64,000 nt of DNA from Octopus sinensis (GCF_006345805.1 NC_043023.1:13764001-13828000); one strand, 5' to 3'. Positions 24,450-35,966 are shown, numbered from the stretch's first letter. Numbers and translations are program-made. Notes: generated from the letters alone by a model not told the origin.

Positions 24450-24699
24450 GTATGTGTACTTTAGCTGCAGATAAAGATGGAGCGGATGGTGGGGGTGGTG
24501 GGAAGTAAGAGAGACACAGATGGAGAACAGCCTTCTCCTCTCTCTTTCTCTCTTTGCTTTTATGTTTGCATGTCTGTCTCTCCTCCCTCTCTCTCTCTCT
24601 CTCTCACTCCCTTTATATCATTCAACATTTTTGTTGAAAGCTTTATATACACGACTGTGTGTGTCTGTATATATGCCTATGTGTGTGTGTGTGTCTAAA

Positions 24700-24984
24700 C
24701 TTTACTCTCTTACTCTTTTACTTATTTCAGTCATTCGACTGTGGCCATGCTGGAGCATCGCCTTGTCGTCGAGCAAACCGACCCCAGGACTTATATATAT
24801 ATATATATGACGGGATTCTTTCAGTTTCCGTCTACCAAATCCACTCACAAGGCTTTGGTCAGCCCAAGGCTATAGCAGAAGTCACTTGCCCAAGGTGCCA
24901 CGCAGTGGGACTGAACCCAGAACCATGTGGTTCGTAAGCAAGTTACTTACCACAAAGCCCACTCCTGCGCCTATATATATATAC

Positions 24985-25038
<54 letters not shown>

Positions 25039-25390
25039 CAACGGGCTTCTTTCAGTTTCCGTCTCCCAAATCCACTCACAAGGCTTTGGTTGGCTTGAGG
25101 CTATAGTAGAAGACACTTGCCCAAGGTGCCACGCAGGGGGACTGAACCCGGAGCCATGTGGTTGGTAAGCAAGCTACTTACCACACAGCCACTCCTGTGC
25201 CTATATACACATATACATATATATGACGGGCTTCTTTCAGTTTCCGTCTACCAAATCCACTCACAAGGCTTTGGTCGGCCAGAGGCTATAGTAGAAGACA
25301 CTTGCCCAAGGTGCCACGCAGTGGGACTGAACCCGGAGCCATGTGGTTGGTAAGCAAGCTACTTACCACACAGCCACTCCTACGCCTATA
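24700..25390 (-). mobile_element. SINE family A: partial tail plus three tandem heads
   Basis: Heads at about 24808-24975, 25039-25205 and 25224-25390, separated by (TA)n. Confidence 0.9.
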
Positions 25391-25468
25391 TATATACACA
25401 CCACGTGTATACCGTTGTCGATATTTTTTTCCTCTGTCTTCCCTTCTCTGGATCTTTCCTTCTCCTAT

Positions 25469-25503
25469 GTTTCCGACGAAGAGCTCCGCTCGAAACGTTA
25501 AAC
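25469..25503 (+). ncRNA. Type I hammerhead ribozyme motif (U4C core variant) in a Penelope-like fragment
   Basis: GTTT-CCGACGA-A-GAGC/tcc/GCTC-GAAA-CG-TT-AAAC: stem I 4 bp, stem II 4 bp, palindromic AACGUU, GUU cleavage triplet. Confidence 0.6.
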
Positions 25504-25629
25504 CCTCCTTCTTTCCTTCTTTCCTGAGCGTCAAATAATACTATATTTGTTCCATGTCCTCGCGTCGTTGTGTTTTTTTGTGCTTTCTTGTTTGGATTAA
25601 CTATGTGTATATATATATATATATATATA

Positions 25630-25920
25630 TCACATGACCGACCAGACCATCAGTTGTTGTTACACATCGCTGGTCACAATGCGTTCACATTGTTTTAGCC
25701 TTCGAATGACGCCACCCCGCTGGCTAAGCGAGCAGGCCAACAGAAGAAAGAGTGGGAGAAAGAGTACAGCAGGGATCACCACCATCCCCTGCCGGAGCCT
25801 CATGCAGCTTTTAGGTGTTTTCGCTCAATAAACACTCACTACACTCGGTCTGGGAATCAAAACCGCGATCCTCCGACCGCGAGTCCGCTGCCCTGACCAC
25901 TGGGCCATTGTGCCTCCATA
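25630..25920 (-). mobile_element. tRNA-derived SINE family B
   Basis: Minus-strand head GGAGGCACAATGGCCCAGTGGTCAGGGCAGCGGACTCGCGG..GGTTTTGATTCCC; copies at 28.4, 37.6 and 58.7 kb. Confidence 0.85.
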
Positions 25921-25939
25921 CATATATATATATATACAC

Positions 25940-25987
<48 letters not shown>

Positions 25988-25989
25988 AT

Positions 25990-26350
25990 ATATATGTGTA
26001 TATATATATACTCTTTTACTTGGTTCAGCAATTTGACTGTGGCCATGCTGGAGCACAACCTTTCAGTTGAGCAAATCGACCCCGGGACTTATTCTTTGTA
26101 AGCCCAGTACTTATTCTATCGGGTCTCTTTTGCCGAACCGCTAAGTTTACTCTGTTACTTGTTTCAGTCATTTGACTGTGGCCATGCTGGAGCACCGCCT
26201 TTAGTCGAGCAAATCGACTCCAGGACTTATTCTTTTGTAAGCCCAGTACTTATTCTATCGGTCGCTTTTGCTGAACCACTAAGTTACAGGGACGTAAACA
26301 CACCGGCATCGGTTGGCAAGCGGTGTTGGGGTGACACAGACACACAAAAA
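25990..26350 (-). mobile_element. SINE family A, duplicated tail
   Basis: Two tail units, at about 26010-26150 and 26155-26345. Confidence 0.85.
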
Positions 26351-26777
26351 TATACTCACACATATATATATACATATATTCAATGTATGTATATATGTAT
26401 AGTAAAGTTTATTTGCCAACCGAATGTAACGGTCCTCTACAAGGACGATGTTACTATAGTTTAGCCCCAGGAAAAATCTTTTCTCACTGGCTGTCAATAC
26501 ACAGTTTCTACCCATATAGTATATGTGTATATATATATATATGTATATCTATCTATCTATCTATATATATTATATATATATATACAAATTAGTAAATAAA
26601 TGGCACAACTAAGTACCGATATATACTGGAAATAGCGAACGTAAAAATACGACGCTAATGTGTAGCTTCACCGCGTATGTATTAGCAAAAATGCGTGTGT
26701 GCAACAAACTAGAGCAAAAAAACGTCTTACCTCCAGGGAGAACATCTGAAAGATGAAACACCCGGAAAAGGACAACG

Positions 26778-26847
26778 TGGGACCTGCAGGTTTCAGGTTT
26801 TACAAGATATGTCTCTCACCCATATTTTGTTTTACCTTCATCAGCCA
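26778..26847 (-). ncRNA. Type I hammerhead ribozyme with canonical core and GUC site
   Basis: Minus strand TGG-CTGATGA-AGGT..ACCT-GAAAC-CTGCAG-GTC-CCA; stem III is the 10-bp palindrome ACCTGCAGGT; inner ATATG/CATAT stem in loop II. Confidence 0.75.
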
Positions 26848-26964
26848 AGCATATACCAAGACGAAATCTATGATGTTACCACATTAATACTATCACACTC
26901 GACTGAAACGCTAACAGTACGAGAAAAAAGTCATCAATTTCTGTACATCATACGTAACACTCTA

Positions 26965-27139
26965 TACGACAATGATGATGATGATGATGATGGTGATGGT
27001 GATGATGATTATGGTGGTGATGATGACGATGATGATGATAACGATGACGATGACAATGATGATGTTGATGATGATGATGATGATGATGGTGGTGATGACG
27101 ATGATGACGATGACGATGACAACGACGACAATGATGATG

Positions 27140-27170
<31 letters not shown>

Positions 27171-27240
27171 TGGCGATGGTGATGGTGATGACGATAACAA
27201 TGACGACAATGATGATGATGACGACGATGGCGATTGTGGC
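26965..27240. repeat. (GAT)n-rich trinucleotide tract
   Basis: Direct repeat; poly-D/poly-M ORFs are artefacts. Confidence 0.95.
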
Positions 27241-27377
27241 AACATAGAAAAGAAATGTCTTGGATCAGAATCAGGTATGGCCAGTTTTCCATCTTCTTAA
27301 GTTCGGTTCACTTTTCTAATCAATTTCCTCTTCTCTTCTCACCAGAAATATTATAGTTTACTGTCGATATAGGAAAC

Positions 27378-27379
27378 AT

Positions 27380-27411
<32 letters not shown>

Positions 27412-27572
27412 TCATTGTCGTCGTCGTCATTATCGTCATCATCATCACCATCATCATCATTATCATCATTGTCATCGTCATCATCATCATCATCATCATC
27501 ACCATCATCATCATCACCATCATCGTCATCATCGTCGTCATCATCGTCATCGTCATCGCCATCATCATCATT

Positions 27573-27605
<33 letters not shown>

Positions 27606-27836
27606 GTCATCATCATCATCATCATCATCGTCGTCGTCATCATCACCACCACCACCACCGCCACCACCACCATCATCATCGTCATCATCATCATTGTCGT
27701 CGTCGTCATCATCGTCATCATCATCACCATCATCATCATTATCATCATCATCATCACCATCATCATCACCATCATCATCATCACCATCATCGTCATCATC
27801 ATCATCATCATCGTCATCATCATCATCGTCACCACC

Positions 27837-27870
<34 letters not shown>

Positions 27871-27887
27871 TCATCACCACCACCACC

Positions 27888-27921
<34 letters not shown>

Positions 27922-27942
27922 TTGTCGTCGTCATCATCATCG

Positions 27943-27986
<44 letters not shown>

Positions 27987-28030
27987 GTCATCATCATCAT
28001 CATCGTCATCGTCATTATCATCATTATTAT
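27378..28030. repeat. (CAT)n/(CAC)n trinucleotide tract, inverted relative to 26965-27240
   Basis: Direct repeat. Confidence 0.95.
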
Positions 28031-28049
28031 TTCTATCATTATTAGTCAA

Positions 28050-28355
28050 GTGAAATGGAAATCGAAATCAAATTCGATGACTGGCACCCGTGCCAGTGGA
28101 GCACTAAGAGTGCCGTCCGAGCGTGATCATTGCCAGAGCAAACAAACTGGCTTCCGTGCTGGTGGCACGTAAAAAGCACCATTCGAGTGTGATCATTACC
28201 AGTGACACCTTACTGGCACTTGTGCTGGTGGCACGTGAAAATACATTCAAGCGAGGTTGTTGCCAGTGCCGCTGGACTGGCTCCTGTCTAGGTGGCACAT
28301 AAAAAACACCATTTGAGCATGGCCGTTGCCAGCATGGAAAACAGACGTTAAAGGA
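28050..28355 (+). mobile_element. RTE LINE 3'-UTR fragment
   Basis: Matches the reverse complement of 17.0-17.5 kb. Confidence 0.75.
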
Positions 28356-28371
28356 TTATTATTATTGGGGG

Positions 28372-29115
28372 GGAAGCACTCCGTCAGTTACGACGACAAG
28401 GGTTCCGGTTTATTCGATCAACGGAACAGCCTGCTCGTGAAATTAACGTGCAAGTGGCTCAGCACTCCACAGACACGTGTACCCTTAACGTAGTTCTCGG
28501 GGATATTCAGCGTGACACAGAGAGTGACCAGGCCGGCCCCTTGAAATGGATGGAAGCACTCCGTCGGTTACGACGATGAGGGTTCCGGTTGATCCGATCA
28601 ACGGAACAGCCTGCTTGTGAAATTAATGTGTAAGTGGCTGAGCACTCCACAGACACGTGTACCCTTAACGTAGTTCTCGGGGATATTCAGCGTGACACAG
28701 AGAGTGACAAGGCCGGCCCCTTGAAATGGATGGAAGCACTCCATCGGTTACGACGACGAGGGTTCCGGTTGATCCGAATCAACGGAACAGCCTGCTCGTG
28801 AAATTAACGTGTAAGTGGCTGAGCACTCCACAGACACGTGCACCCTTAATGTAGTTCTCAGGGATATTCAGCGTGACACAGAGAGTGACAAGGCCGGCCC
28901 TTTGAAATACAGGTACAACAGAAACAGGAAGTAAGAGTGAGAGAAAGTTGTGGTGAAAGAGTACAGCAGGGATCACCACCATCCCCTGCCGGAGCCTCGT
29001 GGAGCTTTTAGGTGTTTTCGCTCAATAAACACTCACAACGCCCGGTCTGGGAATTGAAACCGCGATCCTATGACCGCGAGTCCGCTGCCCTAACCTCTGG
29101 GCCATTGCGCCTCCA
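28372..29115 (-). mobile_element. SINE family B with an alternative 3' tail triplicated (180-bp period)
   Basis: Tail units start at 28372, 28552 and 28732; body and head at 28910-29115. Confidence 0.9.
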
Positions 29116-29129
29116 ATATATATATATAT

Positions 29130-29590
29130 ATTAGTGCAAAGAAAGGTTTTAAGACTTTTGGAGACAGTCACCTTAAGTATGAAGGCCTAAAGCACTGGTT
29201 TCAAAGGGGCTGTCATCAGGGAAATGATGACAGTCCCTGTGAAATGTGTGGCTGTGGATCCCTTTCCAAGAGTCAATATTTCAACCATCAGGGGATCAGG
29301 AACCACCAGGTAGGAACCCCAGTTCTAGACCAAGTAATTCAGCTTGTGTAGTGAGTGAAAGGGCTTGCAAGTCAATTTCAGGGTCTGCCAGGACATATGG
29401 CAGTTCTTAGGGGTCATATCTCACAAAGCGATCCAATCAAACTACAGGGTGTTTGGAATTTTATTTGTCATCTATGCTTATGAAGCATGTAAATGTTTAA
29501 TAGGATTGTATTGTCATCTGAGAGGTCACAGATGGAATGTCAGAAATGCTATTGACAACCATGAAGGTCAGAGAGACAGCAATCATTCTT
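29130..29590 (-). mobile_element. Highly decayed CR1/Jockey-like RT fragment
   Basis: Minus-strand remnants resembling SP.LF..FIND, FADD (SDDNTIL) and DLQ..NWG..LV; many stops. Confidence 0.4.
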
Positions 29591-29609
29591 GGAGATGGGG
29601 CAATCATCA

Positions 29610-29910
29610 CATGTGTATGTATGTATGTATGTGTGTATGTATGTATGTATGGATGTATGTATGTATGTATGTATGTATGTATGTATGTGTGTGTGTATAT
29701 ATGTGCTCGTATATATGTATGTATGTGTGTATATGTATGCATGTATGTATATATGTGATTGTATGCATGTATGTATGTATGTATGTGTGTGTGTGTGTAT
29801 ATGTATGCATGTATGTATATATGTATGTTTGTGTGTATGTATATATGTGCTTGTATGTATGTATGTATGTATGTATGAATGCATGCGTGTGTGTATTTAT
29901 ATATATATAT
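29610..29910. repeat. (TATG)n/(TG)n microsatellite
   Basis: Direct repeat. Confidence 0.95.
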
Positions 29911-30077
29911 ACTTGACGCAATAGGTCTCATCAAGTACAGCAGGTCACCCTACGATCCGAGGTAAGCACAGCAGGCCATCCTAGGGGGAGAATTCACAAA
30001 AAAAAACAAAAGACGAAGACAGGTGGTGTACAAAACAAACAGATGTATTAGTATAACGTTCGGGAACTGAAAAAGGT

Positions 30078-30113
30078 CTTTAATGTTTCGAGCCTACGCT
30101 CTTCTACAGAAAG
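30078..30113 (-). ncRNA. Degenerate hammerhead motif (A6U core, AUU triplet) in a Penelope-like end
   Basis: Minus strand CTTT-CTGTAGA-A-GAGC/gtag/GCTC-GAAA-CA-TT-AAAG; the downstream segment 29990-30060 recurs at 60185-60250. Confidence 0.5.
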
Positions 30114-30223
30114 GGACACAGAAAGAAACAAGGTGAGACAATAAAGAATGTGTAGTGGCTAGTGTGTGTGTGTGTGTGGTGTGTATGGGCCTCATGAAGG
30201 CAATAACCAAGACCTTTGGCATT

Positions 30224-31345
30224 ATAATAATAATAAATAATAATAATTGTGTACAGTGCTCAGGTGCACTACAACTCATCTAAAGTGTATATATAATCAG
30301 GTGTAGTTTCGGCGGATTTCGGAAAGCATGAGGGTCTTAAAGGATGCAGTGGGGAAAGCAAACCAATGTCTTCTTCTGTTACGATCTTCTAAGGCTCCTC
30401 ACGTATAAGTCTTCTTAATAAATGAGGATTGTTCACTCCGGGTTAAATATAATATAATAATAATTGTGTACAGTGCTCAGGTGCACTACAAATCATCTAA
30501 AGTGTATATATAATCAGGTGTAGTTTCGGCGGATTTCGGAAAGCATGAGGGTCTTAAAGGATGCAGTGGAGAAAGCAAACCAATGTCTTCTTCTGTTACG
30601 ATCTTCTAAGGCTCCTCACGTATAAGTCTTCTTAATAAATGAGGATTGTTCACTCCGGGTTAAATATAATATATAATATAATAATAATTGTGTACAGTGC
30701 TCAGGTGCACTACAAATCATCTAAAGTGTATATATAATCAGGTGTAGTTTCGGCGGATTTCGGAAAGCATGAGGGCCTTAAAGGATGCAGTGGAGAAAGC
30801 AAACCAATGTCTTCTTCTGTTACGATCTTCTAAGGCTCCTCACGTATAAGTCTTCTTAATAAATGAGGATTGTTCACTCCGGGTTAAATATAATATAATA
30901 ATAATTGTGTACAGTGCTCAGGTGCACTACAAATCATCTAAAGTGTATATATAATCAGGTGTAGTTTCGGCGGATTTCGGAAAGCATGAGGGTCTTAAAG
31001 GATGCAGTGGGGAAAGCAAACCAATGTCTTCTTCTGTTACGATCTTCTAAGGCTCCTCACGTATAAGTCTTCTTAATAAATGAGGATTGTTCACTCCGGG
31101 TTAAATATAATATATAATATAATAATAATTGTGTACAGTGCTCAGGTGCACTACAAATCATCTAAAGTGTATATATAATCAGGTGTAGTTTCGGCGGATT
31201 TCGGAAAGCATGAGGGCCTTAAAGGATGCAGTGGAGAAAGCAAACCAATGTCTTCTTCTGTTACGATCTTCTAAGGCTCCTCACGTATAAGTCTTCTTAA
31301 TAAATGAGGATTGTTCATTCACTCCGGGTTAAATATAATATATAA
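30224..31345 (-). repeat. Five tandem about 220-bp units made of a CR1-LINE 3' end plus a 105-bp unrelated segment
   Basis: attgtgtacagtgctcagg at 30246, 30463, 30687, 30904, 31128 and (in the LINE itself) 31356. Confidence 0.95.
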
Positions 31346-32035
31346 TATAATAATAATTGTGTACAGTGCTCAGGTGCACTACAAATCATCTAAAGTGTAT
31401 ATATAATCAGGTGTAGTTTCGGCGGATTTCGGAAAGCATGAGGGCCTTAAAGGATGCAGTGTCATGGCAGTCAACAACTGACGCAGGCAGTTTATTCCAT
31501 GCTTCAGCAACTCTGAGCGTGAAAAAATGTTTCCAAAAGTCATGGGAGCTGTGTTGTTTTCTGACTTTGTAGGCATGTCCACGTGTGTTAGACACATGGA
31601 GATCAAAAAGGTGTTCAGTGTTGTTGTTGGTGAGGTGGTTGATAACTTTGTGGGTGTTTACCAAGTCCATCGCCAGACGCCGGAGCTTCATTTTAAATAG
31701 ATGGCTGGAGAGCGGCTAACAAAAGTCTTGCTGAGTGATGCCAAGACACCCTCGGCCTTCTTGACAATTTTAGAGATATGCTTTGTCCAACGCAAATCAC
31801 TGCTGACAGTGATGCCTAGGTCACGCTCGCAAGAGGATTTCTTGATATCAATGTTGTGGAGGGAGTATATGGACGCAGGGTTTTTTCTCCCAAAATGCAT
31901 GGTGGTACACTTGTCCACAGCCAGTTTCAGTTGTCAGTCTGTGATCCATTGCTGCATTGTGTCTATGTCGTGCTTGAGAAGAAGACCCATCAAGCCAAAC
32001 AAAATCACAGTCGTGGCAGATACCAGTGTCACACA
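31345..32035 (-). mobile_element. CR1/L2-group LINE 3' part with an internal deletion
   Basis: KCTTMHFGRKNP..ERDLGITVSSDLRW joined directly to KLRRLAMDL..FFTLRVAEAWNKLP; the VRPHLE..LGMDTL segment present at 14 kb is missing. Confidence 0.85.
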
Positions 32036-32039
32036 AATT

Positions 32040-32400
32040 GGCACCGGTGTGGGTGGCATGTAAAAGCACCCATTACACTCTCAGTGGGGTTGGTGCTAGG
32101 AAGGGCATCCAGCCATAGAAAACCTTGCCAAATCAAACTGGAGTCTGGTGCAGTTTTCCAGCTTACCAGCCCTGGTCAAACCGTCCAACTCATGCCAGCA
32201 TGGACAAGGGACGTCAAATGACGACGACAACGATGGTGATGATGATGATGATGATATCATCATCGTCGTTTAACATCCGCTTTCCAAGCTAGCATGGGTT
32301 GGACGATTTGATTGAGGGCTGGCGAACCAGATGGCTGCACCAGACTCCAATCTGATCTGGCAGAATTTCTACAGCAGGATACCCTTCCTAACGCCAACCA
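32040..32400. mobile_element. Two RTE 3' ends joined tail-to-tail
   Basis: + copy ending gatgatgatg abuts a minus copy starting atcatcatcgtcgtttaac near 32256. Confidence 0.8.
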
Positions 32401-32411
32401 CTCCTATATAT

Positions 32412-32697
32412 ATAGGTGCAGGAGTGACTGTGTGGTAAGTAACTTGTTTACCAACCACATGGTTCCGGGTTCAGTCCCACTGCGTGGCAACTTAGGCAAG
32501 TGTCTTCTACTATAGCCTTGGGCCGACCAAAGCCTTGTGAGTGGATTTGGTAGACGGAAACTGAAAGAAGCCTGTTGTATACATGTATGTATATCTTTTG
32601 CTGAACCGCTAAGTTACGGGGGACCTAAACACAGACACACAAACATACACACACACACACACACACATACATACATATATATGTATGTATGTATGTA

Positions 32698-32732
<35 letters not shown>

Positions 32733-32893
32733 TTGTGTGTCTGTGTTTAGGTCCCCCATAACTTAGCGGTTCAGCAAAAGAGACCAATAGAATAAGTACT
32801 TGGCTTACAAAGAATAAGTCCTGGGGTCGATTTGATTCAACTAAAGGCGGTGCTCCAGCATGGTCGCAGTGAAATGACTGAAACAAGTAAAAG
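32412..32893 (+). mobile_element. SINE family A containing an internal fold-back palindrome (32595-32780)
   Basis: Head 32412-32590 and tail to 32893; middle section present twice in inverted orientation with no spacer. Confidence 0.9.
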
Positions 32894-32899
32894 ATAAAA

Positions 32900-32917
32900 G
32901 ATATGTGTGAGTGTGCG

Positions 32918-32950
<33 letters not shown>

Positions 32951-33017
32951 ATCTCTGTGTTTGTGCGTGTGTGTGTATATATATATATGTGTGTGTGTGT
33001 GTTTGTATGTATTTGTG

Positions 33018-33056
<39 letters not shown>

Positions 33057-33743
33057 CTACATACAGACATACATATATATATATATGTCTGTATGTATGC
33101 ATGAATGTATGTATATATATGTGTGTGTGTGTTTGTATGTGTATATTTGTGCGTGTGTGTGTGTGTATTTTGTGTTTGTACGCATGTGCATGTGTGTGTG
33201 TGTTGTGTTTAGGTGTGTGCATTTGTACGCGCGCATGTATATATACACACACACAACATACATACATACGTACATCCATACATACAATAATACACACATA
33301 CATACATATATACATACATACATACATACATACATACACATACATACATACATACATACATACATACATACATACATACATACATACATACAAACATACA
33401 TACATACATACATACATACACATATACATACATACATACATACACATATACATACATACATACATACACACATACATACATACATACATACATACATACA
33501 TACATACATACACACACACATACATACATACATACATACATACATACATACACACCCACACCACATACACACATACATACATACATACACACACATAATA
33601 CATACATACATTTCACATACTACATCACACACACATACATAAATACATACATACATACACACATACACACATACATACATACATACATACACCACCATAC
33701 ATACATAAATACATACATACATACTACACACATACAACACTAC

Positions 33744-33777
<34 letters not shown>

Positions 33778-33800
33778 CATACACACACACACACACACGC
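32900..33800. repeat. (TG)n/(TA)n/(TACA)n microsatellite block
   Basis: Direct repeats. Confidence 0.95.
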
Positions 33801-34842
33801 ACCGCTTAAAACCCGAATCCATTGGAGTTATCTCCCCTCTCCTGCCAGGCGGTGACATGGCAGAGCCAGTCTTTTCTGTGTAAGTATGGCTTGTTTACTC
33901 GTCCGTCTCTCTCCCTCATTACCGACATCTTAACCACAATCTACAACACATTTCTCAACCATTCTTCCACCAAACGCTACTTTAATTATCCCTTCCTCTC
34001 CTTATATGCTTATATTCCTAATGTTTACCTCCATTTACAGTAATTTTCGTCTTTCTTGTGCCTTCCCCCGAGACCCAGAAATGGACATTTGAATGGACCT
34101 TGGGGCTTATAGAATCGTTTCTCCCGAATACATCGTAATTCCTTTAACATCTAGCATTGTTTTATAAGAATTATACACCCCAGTCTGTATCCTACACGCT
34201 TTTTGTATCCTTTCGCACAGTTTTAGCCCCACAAAACAAATATTTGCATAGAACTTGTGGGTCATAGTGTTGTTAGTCTCAAATATATCCTAATTCTTTT
34301 CGTATTTAGGCTTGTTTTATGAGATATATATACATTAATCTTCACTCTACACGTCTTTTTCTGTCCCTTTATGCAGTTTAAATCCCATTAAAGGACCCAG
34401 GTATGTCCCCATATCTGAAGAATGTGAAAGAAGGTCGTTGTTGAAACTAATTGCTTTTGAGTTTACAGGTTGTTTGTGTTTGTTAAATGACACTAATTAT
34501 TCGTTTATTTTAATTGCAAGAACTGTTCATCCCTAATAAGCTGTATCGAAGTATGTGTAAAATTAAAAAAAAGGGGGTAGGATACAACAGCACAAAACTG
34601 GGGGGGGGGTTCCAGATGCGACCATCCTGTTCTAGTTTTCTATGTGTTATGAATTTGTTTTCTTTATTTGTTCAGGTATCGTTTAAATGTTTTAAAAATA
34701 CAAAATATTTTGTATTTTTATCGGCATAACACAGAAATGTGCCCGTCCCCGTCGGGATTTTGTTTCCCAGACTTTAAGATAAATTCACACGTTTCGACTT
34801 TGTTTCCTCATATCTTAACGAAAAATGCATTTTTTTTTTTTT

Positions 34843-35235
34843 TACTTGTTTCAGTCATTTGACTGTGGCCATGCTGGAGCACCGCCTTTAGTCGAGCAAA
34901 TCGACACCGGGACTTACTCTTTGTAAGCCTAGTACTTATTCTATCGGTCTCTTTTGCCGAACTGCTAGGTGACGGGGACGCAAACACACCAGCATCGGTT
35001 GTCAAGCAATGCTAGAGGGACAAACACAGACCCACAAACATATACACACACACACATATATACATATATATGATGGGTTTCTTTCAGTTTCCGTCTACCA
35101 AATCCACTCACAAGGCATTGGTCGGCCCGAGGCTATAGCAGAAGACACTTGCCCAAGATGCCACGCAGTGGGACTGAACCCGGAACCATGTGGCTGGTTA
35201 GCAAGCTACTTACCACACAGCCACTCCTGCGCCTA
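34843..35235 (-). mobile_element. SINE family A, full length
   Basis: Tail, microsatellite and head present. Confidence 0.9.
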
Positions 35236-35527
35236 ACAAAATTTTTACACAAATACCTTTTGAGTTAGTGTAGATAACAATTATATCGGAATTTATTGTG
35301 AAAAAAAAAGAAGAAAACCGAAAAAATGAGGGGTCGATGTATCTATCATGCGTCCTGAATTTCTTTCTCATATCTTAATGAAAATTGCATATTTTTTTGA
35401 ATGAAGTTTTTTTACAGATACCTTTCACATTATGATTATAGTAGAATTTAATGTGAAGAAAAATTTAAAAAGGGGTCAATATTTCACGTATCTCGACTTT
35501 ATTTCCTTATACACCTTGATGACAGAT

Positions 35528-35705
35528 TATCATCATCATCGTTTAGCGTCCGCTTTCCATGCTGGCATGGGTTGGACGGTTCAACCGGGGTCTGGGGAGC
35601 CAGAAGGCTGCACCAGGCCCAGTTTGATCTGGCAATGTTTCTACGGCTGGATGCCCTTCCTAACGCCAACCACTCCGTGAGTGTAGTGGGTGCTTTTTAC
35701 GTGCC
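35528..35705 (-). mobile_element. RTE 3' end
   Basis: catcatcatcgtttagcgtccgctttccatgc signature. Confidence 0.8.
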
Positions 35706-35966
35706 AAAACAAAATGAAAATACTTCTGAGGTCTGTCCCTCTATTTCCCTTCTGGAATTTGGGAAATATTTAAAAAAAATAAATGACATTTTCCGGGCTT
35801 ATAGCACATAATGAACAACCAGAAAGCTATGAGGAAACAAAGTCGAGGCATGTGAATTATAGGAAAATCCCGTCACTCCCTTTTGTAAAAAGATTTTTCA
35901 TATTAAATTTTGATATAATACCCAAAAGGTATTTGTTGAAAATTTCTTTAAGAAATATCCATTTTT

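Noticed and set aside
26809-28053. Poly-D, poly-S, poly-H and poly-M ORFs
   Set aside because: Trinucleotide microsatellite translations.
29205-29240. CTGATGA..GAAAC on the minus strand and a 9-bp palindrome
   Set aside because: No stem II or stem I pairing; lies in a decayed RT fragment.
34410-34460. CTGAAGA...GAAAC hammerhead-like spacing
   Set aside because: Stems I-III do not pair and there is no valid UH triplet.
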